From Octopus sinensis (taxonomy: Eukaryota): 64,000 nt of DNA. Location of the stretch: NCBI RefSeq assembly GCF_006345805.1, contig NC_043010.1, forward strand, positions 60,326,001 to 60,390,000, given 5' to 3'. The notes below the pieces were generated by a model. That model was not told where the DNA came from, ran no database searches, and saw nothing but the letters and a program-made list of their open reading frames with translations. A program made the translations under genes and the position numbers. Below, piece after piece: positions 1 through 10,849 of the stretch (positions within the stretch are counted from its first letter, which is position 1; each line of letters starts with the position of its first letter).

Positions 1-1
1 C

Positions 2-2296
2 ACCTATATAGGAGACATTTCCGTTGACTCCAACTTATCACACCCTCTCACACATCAACAACACACTCTCATTACATTTACACAACTACAAAGGACAGTC
101 GAGAGTGGTTCTCATTTATTTAATGTCACCAACTCAGGAAAACTATACACTACTCAAACACTGGATGCTGAGTCTCTGTGTACATACAACAAGGAATGTT
201 CCAGAATAGTTAAGGTGGCAGTGAGGAAAGCAGGAACATTTATAAAGATATTGAAGATAAAAATAATTATAGAAGATATTAATGACCACCAGCCAGAGTT
301 TCCTCAAAAGCAAATAAAATTACAGTTTGATGAATATTACAGCAAAGGAACTGCAAAATCAATACCAAATGCTGTTGATAAAGACATTAGTCTTCCAAAT
401 TCTAAGATAATATATAAACTCAAAGATAAAAGCAAAACATTCTCACTCTCCATATTTAAAGAATCTGATGGAATAAGTTTACTTAAAATAATTCTAGAAG
501 GAATGTTAGATAGAGAATTAAAAGACACTTATATGTTACAGTTGATGGCTAGAGATGGAGGTTCTCCACCAAAAGAAGGTATTCTGGACATTGAAATATC
601 TGTTATTGATGTCAATGATAACAGACCTACGTTTACACAAAAATTATATAATACCACCATCAGTGATACACATCATATATCTTCTCCTGTTTTTGTTTTA
701 TCAGCAACAGATTTAGATTCTGGTCAAAATGGAAATATTAATTATTTTTTACATAGAAATACAAATGAATATGATAAAAAGTATTTCAAATTAAATCATA
801 AATCTGGAGAAATCTTCATCAATGATAATTTCTTTAGAAATAAGGAAAGTAAATACCAGTTATATGTTGGAGCTAGGGATGGCGGAAATCCTTCATTAAG
901 CTCCATGTCAACGTTGATTATAAATGTAATTAACAATCAAAATAATGTGCCATCTATAAATATAGATTTTGTATCACCTTTAACAAAGACTTCTACTGCT
1001 ATCTCAGAAGCAAGTAAAATTGGAAGTTTTATAGCTTATGTTATGGTCACTGACACTGATAGAGGACCTAATGGACAAATTAAATGTAATATTCACCATA
1101 AAATGTTCCAGCTTTCTAATATGGGTTCTAAAGAATATAAAATATTGGTGAAAGAACCTCTGGACAGAGAAACTATAGACCATTATGTTGTTTCTATTGT
1201 ATGTCATGACATGGGATCACCTCCATTAAAGACTAAGAAACAGTTCTCTGTCAAAGTAACTGATGTCAATGATGTAGAACCACATTTTACCAAAGAGACA
1301 TTCCAATTCCTCACCTATGAAAACCAGAAAGTTGACTTCCCTATTGGCTTCATCAATGCTACAGACCCTGATCTTGGAGATGGAGGCCAACTTACATATT
1401 CTATCATCAATGATAACAACAATGATAACATTCCTTTCCAACTGACAAAATATGGATTTATTTCTACATCACAACCAATAGATCGAGAAGTGAAAGACAT
1501 CTATAATTTACAGGTTTTAGTCAAAGATAATGGAACACCTTCTCTGAATAACACTGCCAACATTCTTATAGAGATTCTAGATAAAAATGATAATGCTCCG
1601 TATTTTACACTTCCTAATAATGACCCTTACAATCTAGATGTCCACTACCATCCACACAGTAAGAAGGACATCACAATTTTGAAAGCATCTGACAAAGACA
1701 CTGGAAACAATGCTTTCCTCACATATGGAATACTGAGATCCAATGATAAAAACCTGTTTACAGTGAACTCACACACTGGTGTGTTATCTTTCTCTCGCAC
1801 AGTCTACCAAAATGATGCAGGAACATATGAGCTGCAGTTTATAGTGAAAGACGGTGGTACTCCAGTTCAATCAGCAACAACTGCTATCATACTAACACTG
1901 TTTGTTAGTAACGATACATCTCCAATGTTGACTGCTATCCACTCACAGTCTGATAACAACCTGGATATGACTTGGATAATTATCATTGTAGCAGCAGCTG
2001 TAATACTATCTGTGGCTGTTGTTGTGTCAATAACAATGTGTGTTTTCAAATGTATTAATCACTTCAATAATTCATCTGGAGAAAAAGATAATCCAAAATT
2101 TCTATCGAGGACTGAAATGAGACAAATTCTGTATCAGACAAACAATCCTGTTGCAATAACTCGCAATGCAGAAGAGATATTTAGCAGAAATCTTCAGTCA
2201 ATAAACCCCAAAAGTCCATATTATCCAGAGATGGAACAATCAGCCAATGAATGGAAATTCTCAACAACACCCAGGCGACTTCCACCAGTTCCACAG
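2..2296 (+). CDS. Protocadherin P1, large exon (5' end outside window): EC1(partial)-EC6, TM, juxtamembrane tail
   Basis: Frame open from base 2 (TYIGDISVDSNL...) through ORF 215..2335. Cadherin motifs LDRE, DxNDNxP, AxDxD and DGGxP; TM MTWIIIIVAAAVILSVAVVVSITMCVF; phase-0 donor CAG|GTATCT at 2296/2297, homologous in all six genes. Confidence 0.96.
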
Positions 2297-2517
2297 GTAT
2301 CTGGGCAACAAATCCATTTTTCAAATGTTGTTTAATGCTTTTGCTTTTAATATTTATTCACTTCATTATTCCTTATATCACCATATCATCATATAATTTA
2401 ATAAGAGCTGTAGAGTGTACAATGTAGAATGTAATCTCATATGAAATCATCATAAACTCATAATAGTGTACACTAACTGTCAAATGTTTATCTAAAGCTT
2501 TGTTATTTCAACAGCAG

Positions 2518-2665
2518 ATCTACAATAAACAGATTTCAGATGAGTCTTGTGAGCAAGGTGACAATGGCAGCATTGTGACATCAAACAACCTAAGTGATAC
2601 ATTACCGTCTCAAAGAGATCGCTGCCGTGGATGGAGTGAAGGGGATATTAAAAATCATATATCAG
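2518..2665 (+). CDS. P1 cytoplasmic exon 2 (IYNKQISDESCEQGDNGSIVTSNNLSDTLPSQRDRCRGWSEGDIKNHIS-G)
   Basis: tttcaacagcag| acceptor, TCAG|GTAACT donor, 148 nt (phase 0 to 1), open; homologous exon follows every paralogue. Confidence 0.9.
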
Positions 2666-3091
2666 GTAACTTGTCAAATAACAAATGCTGACACCTACTT
2701 CCCATAAATGCATGGATACACATGTATCATATTTATAACACTGTTTTTTTAATGTCATATAAAAGATTTAAAGAGTATAAATGAATGGATATCTTTCAAT
2801 GATTACCTGCAACAATAAACACTGATTTAATATAAGCTCACAGCAACAATTGAATCATATTTTATAACCTCAAATCCCTTTATTGTAATGTAAAAAGGTT
2901 TATAGGTTTATATAAGATACTCAAAGAGTAAACTATTTAAAAGAATGTGTTTTAATGTAAGCAGCTAAATCTTACATAATATAATATAAAACTAATATAA
3001 TAATGTTGGATTAATTTAATAAAAGCGTTGGCATAATATAAGGTAGCTGTCCCTTTCAACTCTTATTAAATAATTTTTTTTTATCTTTCAG

Positions 3092-3180
3092 AATACAGTA
3101 ACTACACACCAAACATACCTCCAATACTAAAAGATGAACATGAGCAAGACACATATCTAGAACCAATATATAAGAAATAG
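3092..3180 (+). CDS. P1 terminal exon 3 (EYSNYTPNIPPILKDEHEQDTYLEPIYKK*)
   Basis: ttttatctttcag| acceptor, phase 1 matches exon 2, ends in TAG; conserved in all paralogues. Confidence 0.9.
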
Positions 3181-3890
3181 TAAACTCAAAATAAACACAA
3201 TTCTAACTCTTTGCTTTGGAGATTATTAAAGTTTCCTTGCATTTAATATTAATAAGGCAACAGAATCAAAACATAGCTTCTGCTTTAAAATAAAGTAAAA
3301 TTAATTTGAAAATACAGAATAATGTAATTTCAACTAATATAGCTAAATTTATACATTAATAATATGTATTTGTAAATATTTTCCTTCAAACTGTAACTCA
3401 AGAATAAACAAATTAGTTCATTCAAATTCATAAATATCATAATTTAATTTGGACATATACTAAGCCAAAATATTCAAAAGATGGGGTAAAATATTTTGAA
3501 TTTCCTCTAGTATATTAAAAGTACAGTTTGTGTTTACCCTGCAAAAAAAGAAATGTTGTCAGAAAATATATAAATATAAAAACAAAAGTACAAGAAAACA
3601 TTTACTCCAAAATTCTACAATTTTTACAACCACTTATACTAGTCACTAATAATATACTATCACAGGTTAATGAATAAACAATAGAATGGTCAAAATAAAA
3701 TTGCAAAATGTCTATAATTTTTATGTAATTACAATAATTATTCTCCAGTTCAATCCACTACAATATGTACCATTAAATTACCATTGAAATGAGAAATTGG
3801 TATTTTACTTATTGCAATACACAATGTGTAAACATGAGCATATAAATTAGGTTGTCATAAGCATACATATACAAGTAGAATGTAATACTT

Positions 3891-3950
3891 GTGTGTGTGT
3901 GTGTGTGTGTGTGTGTGAGTGCACATGCGTGTTTGTGTGCGCGTGTGTGT
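3891..3950. repeat. (GT)n microsatellite, imperfect
   Basis: Direct inspection. Confidence 0.95.
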
Positions 3951-4083
3951 GCATACGTACATATTCATGTACTTTAAAATAAATTAGAGCTATTGTAAAA
4001 TTAATTATAAAATATTTCAGCCATTGTTTAAAATAATTTAAACAAATTCATTATGCACCAAACATAGATTCTTTAAAGAGTAG

Positions 4084-4218
4084 TTGGCTCCTATTTGACT
4101 CACAAACCTACACCATCAGGATACTGCAATTGTCACACTACTACAGCAGCAGTTACACTGGAACACTACACAATAATGTCTTCTATAAGAGGCCCAAACA
4201 AAGGATTTCTCAATAACA
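4084..4218 (+). other. Conserved exon-like cassette X1 (candidate alternative coding exon of P1 and/or 5'UTR exon of P2)
   Basis: tag| ... ACA|GTAAGT; 135 nt; open in phase 1 (VGSYLTHKPTPSGYCNCHTTTAAVTLEHYTIMSSIRGPNKGFLNN); homologues at 15775, 29875, 46588 and 55301. Confidence 0.6.
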
Positions 4219-5170
4219 GTAAGTCGTTTTGCAATTTTACATTAAATATTTTAGTAATACATATTTGAATATTGTGATATGATGTGATAAATTGAAAATA
4301 AATAATAGTGTGTTTCATGGTAATATATATAAACTACACCACAGAGTGCCATAGATAGGTCTAGCCATTACTAAAAGTAATTACTACAGCAGTAGTATCG
4401 TTTCTATGAGAAGATAGATATTTTATCGACAACTATTATGTTAATACTCATCTCTGTCAGCCAATTGTGTTTAATTAAATATTTTCATATATACTGACAC
4501 ATTTCTTAATATGATTTAATGATATAATATTGTTATAATTGAGAATATTGAATGGATGCTTGCAACATCTTATTTCTCTCCACTGAAATGGAGTACTAGA
4601 TATCTATATATTAGATCATATAAGATTTTCTAGTATATTATTCAAATTTTGGGATATATAAATAATGAAATACTGTATATCACTGCCAATATATTATTAA
4701 AATACCCTCACTATATTTACCATAAATATACCTATAATAAATTTAAAATTTTTATATTTCCTTGATATTTATAATATATTTATATTTATTATATTATATT
4801 TTTAGTTCTTTTCATTTTGGTCATATGCAAATTTAAGTTTTCTAGTTTTTCAACTTTGGTTAAATGAAACCATCATCTGTAACAGGCATTTCTTATTATT
4901 TTATTCACACTCTTATGAAGTAATTATGAATTGTGAGTATGTATACATGTATAACATGTATATGCATATGCATACATACATATATGTAATAATCGTTTGG
5001 TTATATTAGTTATACATTCCAAAAGAACATTAATAAATATTATTATATTATTATACCACTACTACCACTTAATCTCGGGTGAATTTTATTTGGAAGCAGA
5101 AATCTACATATTGTCAAACATTTAGACTGTATTTTGGATATTTATAAAAATTCTACCAAACCAAGATACA

Positions 5171-5683
5171 TCATTATCATTATCATCCAGTGTTTTAAAT
5201 CTGGGTTTTGTCCCCGTTAACAGAAGTGGCTGGATCTACCTTAATGCCATAGCAACTGCCCTCACACCATTTCGCCATCTTGCCCAGTTTTGGGTGTCCT
5301 CCCTTCTCAATCCAACCATCCCCTCCATGTTTTCCTTAGTCTACCTCACTTTCGTGGTCCATTTACCTCAAACTCAAGCATCCTCCTCAGCACATGCTCC
5401 TCATCCTGCCTCAACATATGCCCATACCACTGCACTCCTTTCGCCCTTACCAGCCATTCCACTGATTCCTCCAACCCCAACATCCCCATCAAGTCCTCTT
5501 CTTATCAAACAGCTTCACACCATACATTTCTCTCACCCTTACTCTCTCAGTCCGTCTCAAAATTGTCATGTCTCTCTCCCTCAGACATGATGTCACACTC
5601 CCATACAGCATTGCAGTTCTCATGCAACTCCTATAGACCCTTATAGGAATTAATGAGAGAGATAGTCTGGTAAGTGGGGACAA
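5171..5683 (-). mobile_element. 5'-truncated RTE-type LINE 3' end
   Basis: Minus-strand peptide VYRSCMRTAMLYGSVT...RRTERVRVREMYGVKLFD resembles the post-RT region of RTE elements; GL.REDTQNWARWR-like end followed by a GAT/GATAAT tail near 5171-5190. Confidence 0.75.
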
Positions 5684-5689
5684 TAATGA

Positions 5690-6240
5690 AGACAGTAATA
5701 ATAGAGGATAATGGGTGATAGCAGTTACGTATTTAGTGGTGAGAGAGAAAAACTGGTAGTAAGTTGTAGAGACAGCTTATGTAAGGAGTGTTGAGTGTCA
5801 GTTAGGAGTGACTTAGGAGGAGAAGGAGTAATGGTTAGCAGCACAGAAGAGGTGCAGTGTATCCATTGTAAAGGGATCTAATGCAATCCCTCATTATATA
5901 GGCACTGTGATGGGAGAGAAACAGGGGTAGAGTGAAAAGGATGATATTAGAATAGTTTGAATATTAAAAGATCCCTTGCTATCTCATGTTACATTGATAG
6001 CATGGCACACTGGATAAGAGACAAAGAGTGTGTGAGAGGGTGTGTGGAAAGGAGAAGAATGAGATAGATGAGAGGATGTCAAATAGGTGGCAGAGGCCAA
6101 AGCAGGCAGAAAGTGAATGGAACAAAGGCAAGAGGATGTCAAAGGCAATAGTGTGGACAAGCATGAATATGGAGAATGTGGCGGATAGAGACAAAATATG
6201 TCAAAGAAGCAAGGGGGCAGATGATGGAGATTTAACATAT
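5690..6240 (-). mobile_element. Degenerate purine-rich repeat, probably a LINE remnant
   Basis: Strong purine skew on + strand, sits between two RTE fragments, compositionally like 49330-49800; no clear protein motif. Confidence 0.3.
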
Positions 6241-6244
6241 TTGT

Positions 6245-6720
6245 ATGGATGAGACAGAAAGTGTCCTCTAGCACTACAACACTATTAATCCTTGTGGTAC
6301 TTTGTCACCTCCTTTTTGAAGTTCAGCATCCATCACTTTATAAAACCTCTTTCTTCCACAGGTTCCATCTACATAGAGCACTCAGCACTTCTTTACAGGG
6401 CTGTTAGTCTCTATAAGCACCACAAGTCTGTACCAGCACAAGCTTCTCTCTTGCACCTTAAATCTGATTTTTATTATAACCAGTTTTTCTCTCAAATCAT
6501 TTGTGTTCCACAATTCATGCTCATTCACATAACACAAGTAGTAGTGCATACTGTATTTATTTCTAGTCTTCATAAATCGTTTTATGTCAGAACCCTTATG
6601 TTCACTACCATGCAGTACTGCAATTCATATACCAGCATAATACAATCTGCCCTTCACTCTACAAGAACTCGTTTGTTGCCAGCAGAGATAATAGCTCCCT
6701 AAATTTTTTCCATCATGTTC
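6245..6720 (-). mobile_element. RTE-type LINE 3' fragment
   Basis: Minus peptide LREKLVIIKIRFKVQERSLCWYRLV...SPVKKC resembles the RTE C-terminus; related to segments at ~24740-24930, 48060-48500 and 49940-50330. Confidence 0.7.
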
Positions 6721-7997
6721 TTCTTCAGATTCTACTATGCCTTGTATACACTCACCTCTACTACAAATTAGGTCATCTTGGTAATGAAAACTATTAACTA
6801 CTTTTAGGAAGCCTCCCATGTATTTGAAAGAGTTGGTTTTTGTGTGTATTATTACCACTAATTATTTATGTGCCTCCACCACAAACAAAGCCTACGTTCC
6901 CTGTGATCCCATTACATCTTTTGTGCATCCATAGTTTACACTGAGTACAGCATACAAATTTACAATCTGCTATACTGAGTAAGTGCAGCCTTTTTGTGTG
7001 AGTGTGTGTATGTGTGTGAACATTGCACTGGCTACTTTTCTATATGCTTGGTAAATCTTTAGCCTTTGTTGAATTCATTTCGAGGTCACTGAATGTTGTT
7101 TACAGACCTAGGAAGCACATTTTCACATATTTTTTTGTATCTCAGCTAACATGGGACCTTCTTCAAACTTTTATTAACGTAAGAAAAAGAAGGAAATATT
7201 CAAAATATTAGAAGGGGGAATAACTCTATTGTTTTTAATAGTTATCATAGAAAATATATTGGCTGCCACAAATTTGAAAAGCTTCATAAATATATCTTGG
7301 AGACCAAGGGATTAACTACTGAATTTATTTTGCAACACTATATCGTCCAACAAGAATTGTAAGTGTCAATAATTATGTTTACTTTGAAATGGTGTAAAGC
7401 TAAGTTGAAAGAGTATCCAAGAATAGGGCGAAGACATAAATTAGTACTTTTTAAAAATCAGCTCTGTAAGTTGGTTGATATAAAAACTTTTAAATTAAAC
7501 CTTTTGATGAATAATCTGAGACAATGACAGATATTTTTTAAAATCTAATCTGACTACAGATATAGGATGATATAAAAAGGAAAAGCTCAAGTGAGCTTTA
7601 TATAAGAATCAATTCAAATTGTTGATTCATTTACTATATGGTACACAACACCAGGTCCTCATTGCACACTTTCTATATCCATTTATACAATTAGTTTTAA
7701 AAATTAAGTAATGTATAAAGTGTTGACAAAACATTTTATGGAATTTGGTTTAGTCTCTCAGTTCAATTCCAGATCAATTCCGACAATGGCTGACATTACT
7801 TTAATTTCACCTGAGTTAATAACTTAACAACTAATTTTCATCAATTATATTACAGAAGTTACTAAACATTATGGATTAGTAAGTTTCTCATATTTTTCAT
7901 CTCTCAGTTTAAACTATCTATAATTTTCATATAGTTAACATTTCTATATTAGATTGTATGATTCAATTAACAAGCTCTCTTTTCTTTTTAAATTTAG

Positions 7998-8030
7998 ATA
8001 AATATTTATGAAAGATAATGAATAACAACA
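7998..8030 (+). promoter_or_regulatory. P2 spliced 5'UTR portion: 3' splice site upstream of ATG, with short uORF (8008-8025)
   Basis: tttctttttaaatttag| at 7997; equivalent acceptors end at 21366, 35545, 50477 and 58380. Confidence 0.65.
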
Positions 8031-10430
8031 ATGGTTTCAATCAACACTTTACAGCTTTACATTTTTTATGGCTTACTGTATTTTGGTGTAGCCTTAGACA
8101 TTACTTACCATATCAATGAAGAAGACAGTCCTCACACCTATATAGGAGACATTGCTGTTGACTCCAACTTATCACACCCTCTCACACATCAACAACACAC
8201 TCTCATTACATTTACACAACTACAAAGGACAGTCGAGAGTGGTTCTCACTTATTTAATGTCACCAACTCAGGAAAACTATACACTACTCAAACACTGGAT
8301 GCTGAGTCTCTGTGTACATACAACAAGGAATGTTCCAGAACAGTGAAAGTAGCAGTGAGGAAAGGAAAAACATTTATGAAGATTTTGAAGGTGAAAATAA
8401 TTATAGAAGATATCAATGACCACCAGCCAGAGTTTCCATCGAACCAATTAAAAGTCAAATTTTATGAAACAGAAGGGAAAGGATCAACAAAATCAATACC
8501 AAATGCTGTTGATAAAGACATTGGTCTTCCAAATTCTAAGATAATATATAAACTCAAAGATAAAAGCAAAACATTCTCACTCTCCATATTTAAAGAATCT
8601 GATGGAATAAATTTACTTAAAATAATTCTAGAAGGAATGTTAGATAGAGAATTAAAAGACACATATATGTTACAGTTGATTGCTAGAGATGGAGGTTCTC
8701 CACCAAAAGAAGGTATTCTGGACATTGAAATATCTGTTATTGATGTCAATGATAACAGACCTACGTTTACACAAAAATTATATAATACCACCATCAGTGA
8801 TACACATCATATATCTTCTCCTGTTTTTGTTTTATCAGCAACAGATTTAGATTCTGGTCAAAATGGAAATATTAATTATTTTTTACATAGAAACACAAAT
8901 GAATATGATAAAAAGTATTTCAAATTAAATCATAAATCTGGAGAAATCTTCATCAATGATAATTTCTTTAGAAATAAGGAAAGTAAATACCAGTTATATG
9001 TTGAAGCTAGGGATGGCGGAAATCCTTCATTAAGCTCCATGTCAACGTTGATTATAAATGTAATTAACAATCAAAATAATGTGCCATCTATAAATATAGA
9101 TTTTGTATCACCTTTAACAAAGACTTCAACTGCTATTTCAGAAGACAGTCAAATTGGTAGTTTTATAGCTTATGTTATGGTAACTGACACTGATAGTGGA
9201 CCTAATGGACAAATAAAATGTAATATTCATCATAAAATGTTCCAGCTTTCCAATATGGGTTCTAAAGAATATAAAATATTGGTGAAAGAACCTCTTGACA
9301 GAGAAACTATAGACCATTATGTTGTTTCTATTGTATGTCATGACATGGGATCACCTCCATTAAAGACTAAGAAACAGTTCTCTGTCAAAGTAACTGATGT
9401 CAATGATGTAGAACCACATTTTACCAAAGAGACATTCCAATTCCTCACCTATGAAAACCAAAAAGTTGACTTCCCTATTGGCTTCATCAATGCTACAGAC
9501 CCTGATCTTGGAGATGGGGGCCAACTTACATATTCTATCATCAATGATAACAACAATGATAACATTCCTTTCCAACTGACAAAATATGGATTTATTTCTA
9601 CATCACAACCAATAGATCGAGAAGTGAAAGACATCTATAATTTACAGGTATTAGTCAAAGACAATGGAACACCTTCTCTGAATAACACTGCCAACATTCT
9701 TATAGAGATTCTAGATAAAAATGATAATGCTCCGTATTTTATCTTTCCTAATAATGACCCTTACAATCTAGATGTCCACTACCATCCACACAGTAAGAAG
9801 GACATCACAATTCTGAAAGCATCTGACAAAGACACTGGAAACAATGCTTTCCTCACATATGGAATACTGAGATCCAATGATAAAAACCTGTTTACAGTGA
9901 ACTCACACACTGGTGTGTTATCTTTCTCTCGCACAGTTTACCAAAATGATGCAGGAACATATGAGCTGCAGTTTATAGTGAAAGACGGTGGTACTCCAGT
10001 TCAATCAGCAACAACTGCTATCATACTAACACTGTTTGTTAGTAACGATACATCTCCAATGTTGACTGCTATCCACTCACAGTCTGATAACAACCTGAAT
10101 ATGACTTGGATAATTATCATTGTAGCAGCAGCTGTAATACTATCTGTGGCTGTTGTAGTGTCAATAACACTGTGTGTTTTCAAATGTATTAATCACTTCA
10201 ATAATTCATCTGCAGAAAAAAATAATACAAAATTTCTATCGAGGACTGAAATGAGACAAATTCTGTATCAGACTAACAATCCTGTTGCAATAACTCGGAA
10301 TGCGGAAGATATATTTAGCAGAAATCTTCAGTCAATAAACCCTAAATGTTCATACTATCCAGAAATAGACCAGTTGACCAATGAATGGAAATACTCAACA
10401 ACACCCAGAAAACTTCCACCAGTTCCACAG
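8031..10430 (+). CDS. Protocadherin P2, large exon: signal peptide, EC1-EC6, TM
   Basis: ORF 8031..10550; hydrophobic N-terminus, six cadherin repeats, EC1 Cys-X5-Cys (CTYNKEC), TM; donor CAG|GTACCT at 10430 (800 codons). Confidence 0.97.
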
Positions 10431-10849
10431 GTACCTATGCCATATATCTATTTTTCAAGTGTTATATTTTTTATTATCTTCTTTCATTTATACTTTTCAA
10501 TGTTGTATAGGTCATCAAATTCTAATTCATATAGACACAAGAGATTATGAAACAGTGATTCACTGCTAGTATAGATTGGATGGTTTGACTGGAGCTGCTA
10601 TGTCACAGCACTATACCAAGCTCCACTGTCTACTTTGGCCTGCTTTTTACAGCTGGACACCCTTCCTAACACCAACCACCTTCCTTAGTAAACTGCGTAC
10701 TTTTTGTGAGGTACCAGTGCTATCAAGGTCACCAAGAAACTTGCAAGGCAAAGCTCACTTGAGTGGTATGGAGTGTTGAAGTAGGTGGCTTTGTGCTAGG
10801 TGATGAGAGGAAAGAGAATGACCAAAGGGGAAAGAGGTGTTCTGTTGTG

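Noticed and set aside
337-2049. Recurrent antisense ORFs (MSFNSLSN..., MTYNRNN..., MERNVII..., MKTHIV...) in every Pcdh
   Set aside because: Shadow ORFs on the opposite strand of near-identical coding sequence; their recurrence follows from homogenisation.
215-2335. ORF-track start at GTG 215 as the P1 start codon
   Set aside because: The frame is open from base 2 and matches EC1 of the paralogues; the true ATG is upstream of the window.
10431-10550. Read-through C-termini of the exon-1 ORFs (e.g. hydrophobic VPMPYIYFSSVIFF...)
   Set aside because: They lie past a donor conserved in all six genes and differ in length and sequence even between P2 and P3. Probably intronic, though intron-retained isoforms cannot be excluded.
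10576-10779. 67-aa ORF MDGLTGAA... repeated at 23953
   Set aside because: Repeated only through the segmental duplication; it lies in repeat-like intronic DNA with no protein motif.
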